A stretch of DNA of 63,376 nt, counting the filler, from Octopus bimaculoides (taxonomy: Eukaryota): assembly GCF_001194135.2 (NCBI RefSeq). It is 4 parts of 4 records of this genome, joined end to end, with 100 filler letters (N's around TTAATTAATTAA, not from the genome) between each part and the next. Parts side by side here need not be neighbours in the genome. Positions count along the whole stretch, not along the records: positions 1 to 25,092 come from NC_069002.1; 3 more parts are not named here. The stretch is one strand, 5' to 3'. The position numbers and the translations under genes were made by a program. Positions 1 through 11,892 of this stretch are shown here, one piece after another. Under the pieces are notes generated by a model. The model saw nothing but the letters and a program-made list of their open reading frames with translations. It did not search any database and was not told where the DNA came from. Each line of letters begins with the position of its first letter. Position 1 is the first letter of the stretch.

Positions 1-104
1 ATATATATATATATATATAAATGCATATAAACACATATATATATATACATGCATACATATACAGAGTCATACATACATGACTACATACATGACTACATAC
101 ATAC
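1..104. repeat. (AT)n / (TACA)n microsatellite
   Basis: Read directly from the sequence. Confidence 0.9.
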
Positions 105-809
105 ATATATACATATGAGATATGCTACAGATATTTTAGCGACCATCTGTTTCAGAAACAATTCTATATATCTCAGTTTCTCATTATGGGTTCAGTGTTT
201 GACTTATCCGATTTTGTTTTGTGCTCCGGGCGTCTTTTCAGTGCAGACAGCTGCCGAAACGAAAAGGGCGACAAGGTGGTGGGGAACCAAAAAGTTAACT
301 CCTCCATTTTCTTGTTGTTATTGTGGCTGTTGTTTGTGGGGCTATCAACTTACAGACAATTTTCAGACTTTGGGAATGAAGGGGAAAGGAAAAGGGCTCC
401 TCCAGTGGACGAGCAGGGGTATTATAGACAAGTTAGCCGTCCTAACTTCCTCTTAAATCAACTTAGAGTAAACATTTCGCCCTTTCCGACATTTCAACTT
501 TTTTCTTCATGTTTTATCACTCTCAAAACATTTTGTAAAGACTGTCTTTTTATATTTCCGTTGAAACTCTAACAAAATAAACACTATCTCGCACACACAA
601 CGAATATAAAATATATTTACTAATTATCATGAGTTATTTTGACTAAACTAAGCGCAAGATCAAATTTTGTAGGGAGACAAAAAAAAAATCTAAGATGGAA
701 TTGTACAAAAAAGGAGACAAAAATGTTCCTCTAACTGGCCAACTGAGCGGCTAGAAATGCTAAGCAAATCTTCAAAGCACAAAGTACTGAATAAAAAATA
801 AGGAGACAC

Positions 810-940
810 GGCGCAGGCGTTTGTGTGTGATAAGAAGCTTGTTTCTCAGTCACATGGTTCTGGGTTCAATCCCACTACGTGGCACCTTGGGCAAGTGCTT
901 TCTTGGATTTGGTAGACGGAAATTGAAAGAAGCCCATCGT
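810..940 (+). mobile_element. SINE family A, 5' head (internally deleted)
   Basis: GGCGCAGGCGT..TAAGAAGCTT..GGTTCAATCCC (tRNA-like A/B boxes) ..GGATTTGGTAGACGGAAA..AGCCCATCGT then (TA)n. Matches the copies at 23990, 27955 and 53268. Confidence 0.85.
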
Positions 941-952
941 ATATATACATAT

Positions 953-1151
953 AAATCAAAATAAGCAACAAGGATATTCAAGGTTAATGAAGTACGATCG
1001 TTTCATGCGACTCCATTTATTTAAGCAATGTGAGCATTACATTAAATGCAAAATGCAGAGCAATCTTCAGCTGCACAAAGAATTTACTGAAATTCGCATG
1101 AAACGATCGTACTACATTAACCATGAATATCCTTGTTGCTTATTTTGATTT
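953..1151. mobile_element. Fold-back element / putative MITE with 58-bp inverted arms
   Basis: 953-1010 is the reverse complement of 1094-1151 with 2 mismatches; the spacer is 83 bp. Confidence 0.75.
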
Positions 1152-2195
1152 TTAATCACCTTAATTTGGAATTGTTTGAATAATACCATACTTAATTCTG
1201 GTGCCTAAACTTAAGTACCNNNNNNNNNNNNNNNNNNNNNNNNNNNNNNNNNNNNNNNNNNNNNNNNNNNNNNNNNNNNNNNNNNNNNNNNNNNNNNNNN
1301 NNNNNNNNNNNNTTAGGAGCCCCATCGGTCATGAATGATCATGAGACTGCACCTAGAAAGTTCTCCGAGGTACAGGTCCAGACAGGGTTGTTTATGGAAT
1401 ACCAACAGTCGCCCATATTAATTTATTTCGCCATCAATGTTTGAATCAGCACGAGTGTTTAAAAAAACAAAACAAAAAAAGAAAAAAACAAGGGGAGATA
1501 ATTGCACGGCGTTTTACGAATATCAAAACTACATAAGCCAACCCTGAAATGCGTTATGATGTGTCCGGTATTCTGTCCTTCATTCTCGCTAAGTTGTAAA
1601 TTGTAAAATGCGGCGATGTTGAAAAAATATCGCTCCTGGTATTTATACGGTCCCCGGAGATACTTAAGGTTTTTTAAAGATAACCTGGGTAGTTGGATTT
1701 CACAAGGTTTTTTGTGTTTTTTATAATAATAATAATATCTTTATTCTCTTAACTGATGGAGTGTTATACTACTCGTTGAACTCTATAAGATGCAATGTAT
1801 GTATGTAAATATATACGTACATACAAACACATACCCATACACAACTACACGCACACACACATACATGAATGTATACATGTATGCATATGTATATATATAC
1901 ATATGTATGCATACAAACATACACACACGCGCACACACACACATATATGAGTTGATGACAGATATGAAATTGACTTTTCAGATCTTGTTACCTTCGGAAC
2001 ATAGAGAGAGAGAAAAACAAATTTACACACAAACGAATATACAAACATACATAGAAGACCCCCCCCCAGACATATACACACACATGCCAACACGTGTTAA
2101 CGCTCATACGCACTCACAAACATGCGCGGACATCCTCACATGGGTCAAAGAAACTCATACACTAAATACACAGAACAACCAGCCCAGCTGCTTTC

Positions 2196-2238
<43 letters not shown>

Positions 2239-2239
<1 letters not shown>

Positions 2240-2445
2240 GAGAATGTACGAAAACAACAACAACAGGCGAGGACAGGTGGTGTAAACAACAAAAGGATGT
2301 ATTAGTATGACGCTCGGGAATACGGAAAGTCTTTAACGTTTCGAGCTACGCTCTTCGACAGAAAGAATACGGAGACAAGGAGAAAAACACGGAGAAAAAA
2401 AATTGGAGAAAAAAAATTGAATAGTGTTCAGTCAGTGGTCAATCA
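2239..2445 (-). mobile_element. Penelope-like element terminal-repeat fragment, copy 1
   Basis: Homologous to 14460-14635 (shared GACAGGTG..TGTATTAGT.TGACGCTCG..GAAAGTCTTT..TTTCGAGC..GCTCTTC..CAGAAAG..GGTCAATCAT). Carries a hammerhead-like motif of the kind typical of PLE pseudo-LTRs. Abuts (TA)n. Confidence 0.6.
2330..2366 (-). ncRNA. Minimal type-I hammerhead ribozyme-like motif (A6 replaced by U)
   Basis: Minus strand reads UCUUU-CUGUCGA-A-GAGC(GUA)GCUC-GAA-ACGU-U-AAAGA: 5-bp stem I, 4-bp stem II, palindromic stem III, GUU triplet. Confidence 0.55.
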
Positions 2446-2799
2446 TAGTATATATATATATATATGGAGGGGTGGATGTATATGCTTATATTTGACAGTA
2501 TGTATGTGTTTATATGTAGTTATACTTGTGTGTATAACAACCAATATATTGGCGCTAGCTCCCCTCTACAGGTTACTCTTTCGTGTTATTGGTAATGGTA
2601 GAAGTTGTGGTACCGTAGCTGATGGTGATAGTCGTAGCGCTAGTGATTGTAGTAGAATGTCTGTGATATTTATGAGGTTGCTGTTGCATGTTATTGTTGT
2701 TGTTGTGCCAGAGGTCAGCATTGACCAAAGAGATCAATGATCAAAAAGTGTTCAAACCATGACAATCTCGTCTTTTATTATTCAGAAATAGAGGCCGAC

Positions 2800-3262
2800 G
2801 TATTGGCAAAACCGTTTCCGCCCTGAGTTCAAATTCCGTTGATGTCGACTTTGCCTTTCATACTCTCAAAGTCGTTAGATAAGTATTCTTTGAACAGTGG
2901 GGCCGATGTAATTAACTAACCCCCCTCCCCTAGATGCCAGGCGTTGTACCCGTCGTAGAAAGAGTTATTCGGGAACAGAAGGTGGCATGCTGGTAGAATC
3001 GCTAGTATACCGGACAAATACTGAGCAGCATTTTTTCTGCATTGATTTCAAATTCTACTCTGGTCGATTTTGCCTTTCATACTTTTGGGGATCGATAAAA
3101 TAAGTACAATTAGGCCTTGTGCATATATTAGAAAGAATTATTCAGGGATAGCACGCCGGGCGAAATACTTAGCGGTATTTCGTCTGACTTTACGTACTTA
3201 ATTTATCGACCTTCAGAGGATAAAAGACGAAGTCGACCTCGGCGGAATTTGAGCTCAGAACG
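2800..3262 (+). mobile_element. Cluster of three family B SINE copies (third has an inverted core)
   Basis: Each has GAGTTCAAATTCC..GTCGACTTTGCCTTTCAT..GTCGAT..AAGTA-like core. In the third copy 3149-3193 is + and 3194-3262 is the core in - orientation. Confidence 0.8.
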
Positions 3263-3454
3263 CCACAAAACCTTTCCTGTCCATTAGTTTCGATTGTAGT
3301 GGCCAGTATATTTAAATAAACATGTCTGAGAAAGAAAGATGCGATGGTCAGGCGATGGAACGTCTTTGACTATAGATGTGTGATCAAAACCAACACTCGA
3401 CACTATACAGCAATAGCACAAAAAGCAGCAGCCGCAAGATCAACGGTAAGGACG

Positions 3455-3537
3455 ACGAAGACGACGACGACGACGACGACCACCACCACCACCACCACCA
3501 CCACCACCACCACCACCACCACCACCGCCGCCGCAGT
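3455..3537. repeat. Compound (GAC)n-(CAC)n trinucleotide repeat
   Basis: Read directly; it produces the spurious poly-D/H/T/W ORFs. Confidence 0.9.
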
Positions 3538-3948
3538 AACGACGATGACGAAAACGTCGGCAACAAGAATGGCGACCAGAGAAACTTTGGTGTCAGCTAG
3601 TTACGACTGTATTGGCCAGTATAAAGTGCAATAAATGAATTGTGGTCGGTTTTAATGAAATATTAAAACAAATACAGTAATAAAACAAATTATGAGTCTC
3701 TGATTTATATTGTCTGTCACTGTTTATTAAAAAGAGACACGAGATAAAGCGATAAGATCTCCCTCTTACACCTCTTCTCTCCTCCTCACTCCTACTAACT
3801 ACAGCTCGTTTATCCGTTATACGAAGAAAAGACTAAAACGAAATGGCGGAAAAGCAGACGTAGAAATCAATTATTTAATATTTCATTAGGAATTTCAGGA
3901 GAGATGAAAATGAAAAGAAAGAATATTTGGACAATTTTCAAACCACTG

Positions 3949-4015
<67 letters not shown>

Positions 4016-4085
4016 GTTGTTATTGTTGTTGTTGTTATTATTGTTTTTATTACTATTATTATTATTATTGTTGTTGTTGTTGTTG

Positions 4086-4123
<38 letters not shown>

Positions 4124-4140
4124 ATTATTATTATTATTAA

Positions 4141-4201
<61 letters not shown>
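3949..4201. repeat. (TTA)n with (TTG)n interruptions
   Basis: Read directly; runs into a gap. Confidence 0.9.
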
Positions 4202-5592
4202 GTCATTACGANNNNNNNNNNNNNNNNNNNNNNNNNNNNNNNNNNNNNNNNNNNNNNNNNNNNNNNNNNNNNNNNNNNNNNNNNNNNNNNNNNNNNNNNN
4301 NNNNNNNNNNNNNNNNNNNNNNNNNNNNNNNNNNNNNNNGACTCTGTTTTCCATTCTTTCGGCGCCGATAAAATAAGTACCAGATAAAAAATGAGGTCAT
4401 ACAATCGAATTAACACGCCACTCTCCGAAATTACTGGCCTTGTGTCAAAATTTGAAACTATTATTACTATTATGTTGTTTGTTTTCTTCCTTCTTCAAAT
4501 TTTCTTCCATTTCTTGAGTGTGTGTCTGTGTGTGTCTGAGCCAGAGAGAAAGAGATAGAGGGAGAGAGAGCGCGAGAGTGAAAATGAGACAAACATGAAA
4601 AGGTCTGATGTCAAATAAGTCAGCGCCAAATAAGCAACACCAAACATGCGGTGCCAAAACGGCAACGCCACAGCGTCTCATAATCGTGCAGAGCTGAAAC
4701 AAACGCCACACAAAGTATTCTATCTGGTGTTCTAACCAATCTACCGATTCGTTATCTGGTTCCACCGAGCACCTTTCAAAGACAAAACGAAACAAAAACA
4801 TAAAGAAAAAAATCCAGAAAATAAAGAAATAAGAAAACCGAAAGTAAAATGAAACCATCTAACAAAAAAAAAACCCCACCCAAAAGAAAATGGAGAAATT
4901 AAGCCACGTTTATTCAATGTGTGACACCTCATTTTTTAGTCATTCATTCTGATCTTTCCTTCATCGAAATTTTTACTTAGTCTGACGTCCTGCTCCCTCG
5001 TTTCTTGTTCCTTCCTCTCTCATTCACTCCATCACTCACTCACTTACTCACTCGCTCTCTTCTCTTCCTCTAGCCTCTCTCTCTATCTCGGTCTCTCGCC
5101 CCCCCCTCTCTCTCTCTCTCTCTCATATTTGTTCTTCCTCTCACTCATACATTGTCGCCGCCATACATAACACACATTCCACTTTACTTATTGTTTCCTG
5201 GTAGTCATCGTTCATACTTTTCCACACTTTTCGTCTCCGTGTTCTCACTGGAACCACCACCACCACCACCACCACATCCAGCACCAGCACTAGCACCAGC
5301 ACCACCACCATCCACCACCATCACCACCTCCACCAACACCAGCACTAGCACNNNNNNNNNNNNNNNNNNNNNNNNNNNNNNNNNNNNNNNNNNNNNNNNN
5401 NNNNNNNNNNNNNNNNNNNNNNNNNNNNNNNNNNNNNNNNNNNNNNNNNNNNNNNNNNNNNNNNNNNNNNNNNNNNNNNNNNNNNNNNNNNNNNNNNNNN
5501 NNNNNNNNNNNNNNNNNNNNNNNNNNNNNNNNNNNNNNNNNNNNNNNNNNNNNNNNNNNNNNNNNNNNNNNNNNNNNNNNNNNNNNNNNNNN

Positions 5593-5913
5593 CAACATCC
5601 GTCATCACTACTATGACCAACACCACCGACATCCCCCGCCCACCACTCCATCACCTCCAGCACTACCACTATCACCACTAACAGCATTATCGTCATCACC
5701 AAATCACCAGCACCACCACCACCACCACTGCCATCAGCACTGCCCCTGTGACCAACACCACCACCACCACCATCAACAACATCCGTCATCACTACTATGA
5801 CCAACACCACCGACATCCCCCGCCCACCACTCCATCACCTCCAGCACTACCACTATCACCACTAACAGCATTATCGTCATCACCAAATCACCAGCACCAC
5901 CACCACCACCACT
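5593..5913. repeat. 137-bp identical direct repeat, 184-bp period, in CAC-rich sequence
   Basis: 5593-5729 is identical to 5777-5913; the first copy starts at a gap edge. Confidence 0.75.
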
Positions 5914-7030
5914 TCCCCTCCCCCATGAATAATATCCTTTCATCACTTGCTTGTCTGATAACGAACAAGCAGGAAGGCACGAGAAGAGACACTCTGTCTC
6001 TCTTTCTCCTTCTGTTTCTCAATTTCCCTTCGTCTCTTTTTTTTCACCCCTTCTCTCCAGCTCCCCCTTATTCTCTCCGCAAGAAATCCCCTAATAAGCC
6101 CTTTCTGCTAAACCCACCCACCTACCCACCTACTTACCAATAGCTAACCTCTGTAGATTTCTCTTCAAACCTTCAATGAAACCTCATTCATCATAGATTC
6201 AGCCACACGGAACTAGTCTACAGTTTATGGAGGGCTTTCAATAGAATACTTCCACTATGACCTGATTTTCCATTTCTCAAGATTCAATTTCACCTGAAAC
6301 CCTTCTCCTTCTTCTTATTCTTCTTATCCTTGTTTATATATTTTCACTATTTATTCACCTGGTTCAATCTACATCTATTTTACGGAGTTTATTCTTGTCT
6401 GGATCAACTAATTCTAATTCTTCCTGAGAACATCCATCGTTTTGAAAGCAATAATTTTACGACTTCCTACAACGATAATCTTTCTGGTTGCTCTACTACC
6501 TACAAATACGTTATTTTTAGACGATTTTGTCCTCAACAGTCCACTATAGCAGAAGGGTGTAGAAAGAAATGAAAGAGGGGATTTGCAAATTTATAAGACG
6601 TAGATTAACGACAGAAAGGAGTGGATTTATGATGAGTTCATAATGAAAATTAGACGATGACAATGATTTCCAAAGAACAACAGATCGAATTTCGTGGCCA
6701 CCTTGACCCACTGCGCATATAACCAGCGTAGCCAATGGCTAGCCCGTCCAAGATTTTAAATTTCTATACTGTTCGATTATCTCTGCATCCAGCTCCTCCA
6801 AGACAGATGAGGTTCATGAAATTCCTGGTCAGCATAAACAGCTGTAAATATGTTTAGTCAAAAGGCCGGAATATGTTTGCCCAATTGACGATTGGGTGTA
6901 GCTGTTTGGACGCTAACAGCTTGGTGCGGTCGGCAGGACATTCGGCCTGTTTTGGTGACAATAATTTTTGGTGCTGCAGATAGTCATAGACAGAGAGACA
7001 CATTTTTCAAACAGACGGGATTATACACAG

Positions 7031-7120
<90 letters not shown>

Positions 7121-8239
7121 ATCTCTCACTCACACACACGCACGTATGACTCCCAGAAACCGATAGTGCATGCTGATGGCCACACCATGGTATCTCACTT
7201 CAGCCATTGAGTAATGCTAAGTAAAGTGTATGAGATGTCTCGGAAGGATCACAGTACAGGGGCAGTCACCCCTTAAGTGCAAGAAAACTATAATGACGGG
7301 TGAGGCGGCAGAGAAAACCGAATATGGCCAATAGCCCAGAAGTTACTGTAAGATGTGTGGCGCATCAAGGGCACATTATTGACGAAATACAGACTTGTGA
7401 CCATCTTCGGTGGAAGTGATCCTTACTCCTGCAACGTACATAATTGCACCTTTAATAAATCATGGACCTTAGACTAACCTAATGAAGACCCTTAATGTTC
7501 AAACTAAGGATAGAAAACGCAGATGTGAATATCAGAATTTCAGCACTGGCTTTGATTTCCTTCAGCTGTAAATTCGCTTCGATTACATCACAGTATTTAC
7601 AGGCATTGATAGCGTGTGGAGACAGACGTTGGAATACAGATTGTCTTGTTTGTGGAGTATACTGTATTCGAACCACCTACTTTTTTGGCATGTGGTCTGG
7701 TCTGGTCTGATCTGTTCTGGTTGTTGCTATCTTCGATATAAACACGACTGATATTGACGCTTTTCTAGAATCAGAACTAAATCGCCGTTTAATGCCAACC
7801 TTCACACGTGACTACAAACTATCCCAATGGAAATGACAGTAGAGCAAGCTTAAGAGAGCAGACATAGTGAAAGACGAGAACGGTGATGGCGGCTGCATTT
7901 GGGTTGGGTCGGGTCGGAATTGACGTGAATGTAGCGGCAAAAATAAATGAATAAATGTATAAATGTCTTCGGACAATTATGTGAAGTGGACCATTAACAA
8001 GAGACTAACTGAACTGGACGCAGTGACCAATAGATAGTTGATTAGTTAGGGAGCTATAAGCAGTAAAATTTTCCCACTCCCAATTACGCTTAATTAGATG
8101 CGTCTCGTTATGTAAAGCAATGTTTAATGCTTATGGACTCGTGTTGGAAGCAGTTTGTTCGAAGCATTAGCTTCGTAAATTGTTTCATAGGCTCCAGAAA
8201 TCTATTAGATAACGGCAAATGGTAAATAATAATAATAAC

Positions 8240-8281
<42 letters not shown>

Positions 8282-8734
8282 TGTGATGATGATGATGATA
8301 GTAATAATAACAATATTACTTGTAACAACAATAAAAATAATGATAATGACAATAGTAGCAACAGCTATTGGTAAAAATAATCTTAACAATAATGGCGTAC
8401 ATTTTGCCGAACGTTGCCTTGTGATAGAATTGGTCGTAGAGCGGCAATGATTGGGGTAGGAATTTTAAGTAGATTGACAGAGGTGGAGGATGTGGTGGTG
8501 GTTGTTGTGCTGGTAGTGGTTGTGGCGATTGTGGTGGTGGTGGTGTGATTATTGGCGGAAATGGTGGGGGCTGCTGATTAAAACTGTATATATTTCTAAA
8601 TCTAAGCAAAGACACGTTTGCATGAATACGTGTTCTCTTTTAAAATCATTATCCATGTGTCTGTATGTATCAGCGAACTCGTGTATCAAAACTAATTGTA
8701 CGCACACACACAAACATACACTTAAACACACGTG

Positions 8735-8880
8735 TGTGTGTGTGGATGTATGGTTAGACGTTTGCTTCCTCACTACAGTGTTCCGGGTTCAGTTTCCTAC
8801 GTGGTACATCGAGCAGGTGTCTCCTGCCATAGTCTCCGGCCGACCAAACGGCTCCTGAATAGAAGAGATCTGTCGTATAT
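8735..8880 (+). mobile_element. SINE family A head (diverged)
   Basis: GGTTAGACGTTTGCTTCC..CCGGGTTCAGTTTCC..GGCCGACCAAA..GTCGTATATA, then a gap. Confidence 0.7.
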
Positions 8881-9282
8881 ANNNNNNNNNNNNNNNNNNN
8901 NNNNNNNNNNNNNNNNNNNNNNNNNNNNNNNNNNNNNNNNNNNNNNNNNNNNNNNNNNNNNNNNNNNNNNNNNNNNNNNNNNNNNNNNNNNNNNNNNNNN
9001 NNNNNNNNNNNNNNNNNNNNNNNNNNNNNNNNNNNNNNNNNNNNNNNNNNNNNNNNNNNNNNNNNNNNNNNNNNNNNNNNNNNNNNNNNNNNNNNNNNNN
9101 NNNNNNNNNNNNNNNNNNNNNNNNNNNNNNNNNNNNNNNNNNNNNNNNNNNNNNNNNNNNNNNNNNNNNNNNNNNNNNNNNNNNNNNNNNNNNNNNNNNN
9201 NNNNNNNNNNNNNNNNNNNNNNNNNNNNNNNNNNNNNNNNNNNNNNNNNNNNNNNNNNNNNNNNNNATATATATATATATAT

Positions 9283-9372
9283 ACTCTTTTACTCTTTTAC
9301 TTGTTTCAGTCATTTGACTGCGGCCTTGCTGGAGCACCGCCTTTAGTCGAGAAAATCAACTCCAGGACTTAT
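9283..9372 (-). mobile_element. SINE family A 3' end
   Basis: TACTCTTTTACTTGTTTCAGTCATTTGACTGCGGCC..GGAGCACCGCC is the reverse complement of the tail at 55190-55240. Confidence 0.8.
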
Positions 9373-10087
9373 TCTGCGCACATACACACGCATGCATACA
9401 CACACACACGCACATATATGTACATATACATATAAACATTATCGGTCGCAATTACATCGATACATGTGTCACTGCGGGATGGCGTCCGGAGAAAGCTTCC
9501 AACGTGACACCGAATGTTAAAGAACACCTGAATATCTCAGACCAGGCGAGAGAAATCTCTTAGTTACTGAGATTGATATTTCGTCAATATTATGGTTTAT
9601 CAGTACGATATATTCAGATTATCTCGAAAGGAAGCGAACCACTAAATCGGCAGTGATGGTAGGAATGCCAGATACGTAGCTCTGACGTTCATGAGATTTG
9701 CCAGTACGATGTACCCACTGGCAACCACGTGCCAAGAGAAAATCCTTTACTAATGATATAATAAAAGAGTGATTGACAAATGACAGACCTTAGAATGCGC
9801 CGGCTGACTGAATAAAAATTCATTACGTGCAACAAAAAACAGTATTAGTTTAAAATAACCATCACTGTATGATAATTAATGCAGAAACAATACAGAAAGT
9901 TAAATTAACTGCGGTAACCACCCGTTGTCAATATCTCTTACGGACGTGATGAGTGGATACATGAAATGGACAAAGTCCCAAAATAAAGAAATTCATATCC
10001 AGCACTCCCAAAAAACACTGCTGAATGATATTGGTCAGATAACCTATTTCGTAAAGACATACAGAAAAAATACTAATCTTTCTCCGC

Positions 10088-10139
<52 letters not shown>

Positions 10140-11028
10140 NNNNNNNNNNNNNNNNNNNNNNNNNNNNNNNNNNNNNNNNNNNNNNNNNNNNNNNNNNNNN
10201 NNNNNNNNNNNNNNNNNNNNNNNNNNNNNNNNNNNNNNNNNNNNNNNNNNNNNNNNNNNNNNNNNNNNNNNNNNNNNNNNNNNNNNNNNNNNNNNNNNNN
10301 NNNNNNNNNNNNNNNNNNNNNNNNNNNNNNNNNNNNNNNNNNNNNNNNNNNNNNNNNNNNNNNNNNNNNNNNNNNNNNNNNNNNNNNNNNNNNNNNNNNN
10401 NNNNNNNNNNNNNNNNNNNNNNNNNNNNNNNNNNNNNNNNNNNNNNNNNNNNNNNNNNNNNNNNNNNNNNNNNNNNNNNNNNNNNNNNNNNNNNNNNNNN
10501 NNNNNNNNNNNNNNNNNNNNNNNNNNNNNNNNNNNNNNNNNNNNNNNNNNNNNNNNNNNNNNNNNNNNNNNNNNNNNNNNNNNNNNNNNNNNNNNNNNNN
10601 NNNNNNNNNNNNNNNNNNNNNNNNNNNNNNNNNNNNNNNNNNNNNNNNNNNNNNNNNNNNNNNNNNNNNNNNNNNNNNNNNNNNNNNNNNNNNNNNNNNN
10701 NNNNNNNNNNNNNNNNNNNNNNNNNNNNNNNNNNNNNNNNNNNNNNNNNNNNNNNNNNNNNNNNNNNNNNNNNNNNNNNNNNNNNNNNNNNNNNNNNNNN
10801 NNNNNNNNNNNNNNNNNNNNNNNNNNNNNNNNNNNNNNNNNNNNNNNNNNNNNNNNNNNNNNNNNNNNNNNNNNNNNNNNNNNNNNNNNNNNNNNNNNNN
10901 NNNNNNNNNNNNNNNNNNNNNNNNNNNNNNNNNNNNNNNNNNNNNNNNNNNNNNNNNNNNNNNNNNNNAAAAGACGCTTAAAATCTTGTCTTTATCTCTG
11001 TTGTAACTGTTGTCATTGATATTATTAC

Positions 11029-11109
<81 letters not shown>

Positions 11110-11442
11110 CATTTAACCTAAGTGAAATTCAGTTCCATTGAATTACCTGACGATAAACGCTATCAATTGAATAACATTTATTTTTTTTATTTCCTCCCCA
11201 CCCGAATTCAATACCAATTTTAGGGGAAAAATCTTGATTGAATCTAATGATAATTCAATCAGTTAGGAGAGACAGATTTTGTTGTTCACTTGGTAGAACG
11301 ATGTGGTACCGTAATTCTTACAAACAGAACATAATGGCAGCTCTTTATATTGTTATACAGCGAAGCTCATGAATTTGGATAGATTCGTAAGCTATGGGAA
11401 GAAGAAGGGGGGATACGACGCATCGGGATAATTCTTGCACCT

Positions 11443-11491
<49 letters not shown>

Positions 11492-11855
11492 NNNNNNNNN
11501 NTATATATATATATATATATATAAATATATATATATATAAGAATATATATGAGCATATGCATCTACATACATTCACACACATATACATATATACTGGTCA
11601 ATATGTTTGATTAAAACAAAACCTATCAACTAAATAAATGAATAAAGATTTATAGATAAATAATTAAATGTTTACTTAGAGAGGCAACGCGCACAAAGAA
11701 TCACTACCGTACACACGGTCATACACACATACACCCCCCCACACACACACTTTGTACGTACACACACATACACACACACTCTCGTTTGCGTATACTATTA
11801 TTCTCTTAACGGTTTATAGATAGATGGGCAGAGAAACATATAGAGAGATAAAGAG

Positions 11856-11892
<37 letters not shown>

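Noticed and set aside
186-572. 128-aa ORF with a hydrophobic stretch, overlapping a 135-aa ORF
   Set aside because: No recognisable motif, no convincing donor, and overlapping frames equally open; cannot be supported.
1313-1417. Segment resembling another octopus repeat tail
   Set aside because: Single partial copy at a gap edge, supported only by recall.
3344-4416. Poly-His/Thr/Trp/Tyr/Ile/Asn ORFs (also 17790-19544, 26719, 35629-36685, 40558)
   Set aside because: Translations of trinucleotide and purine-rich repeats; no splice or codon evidence.
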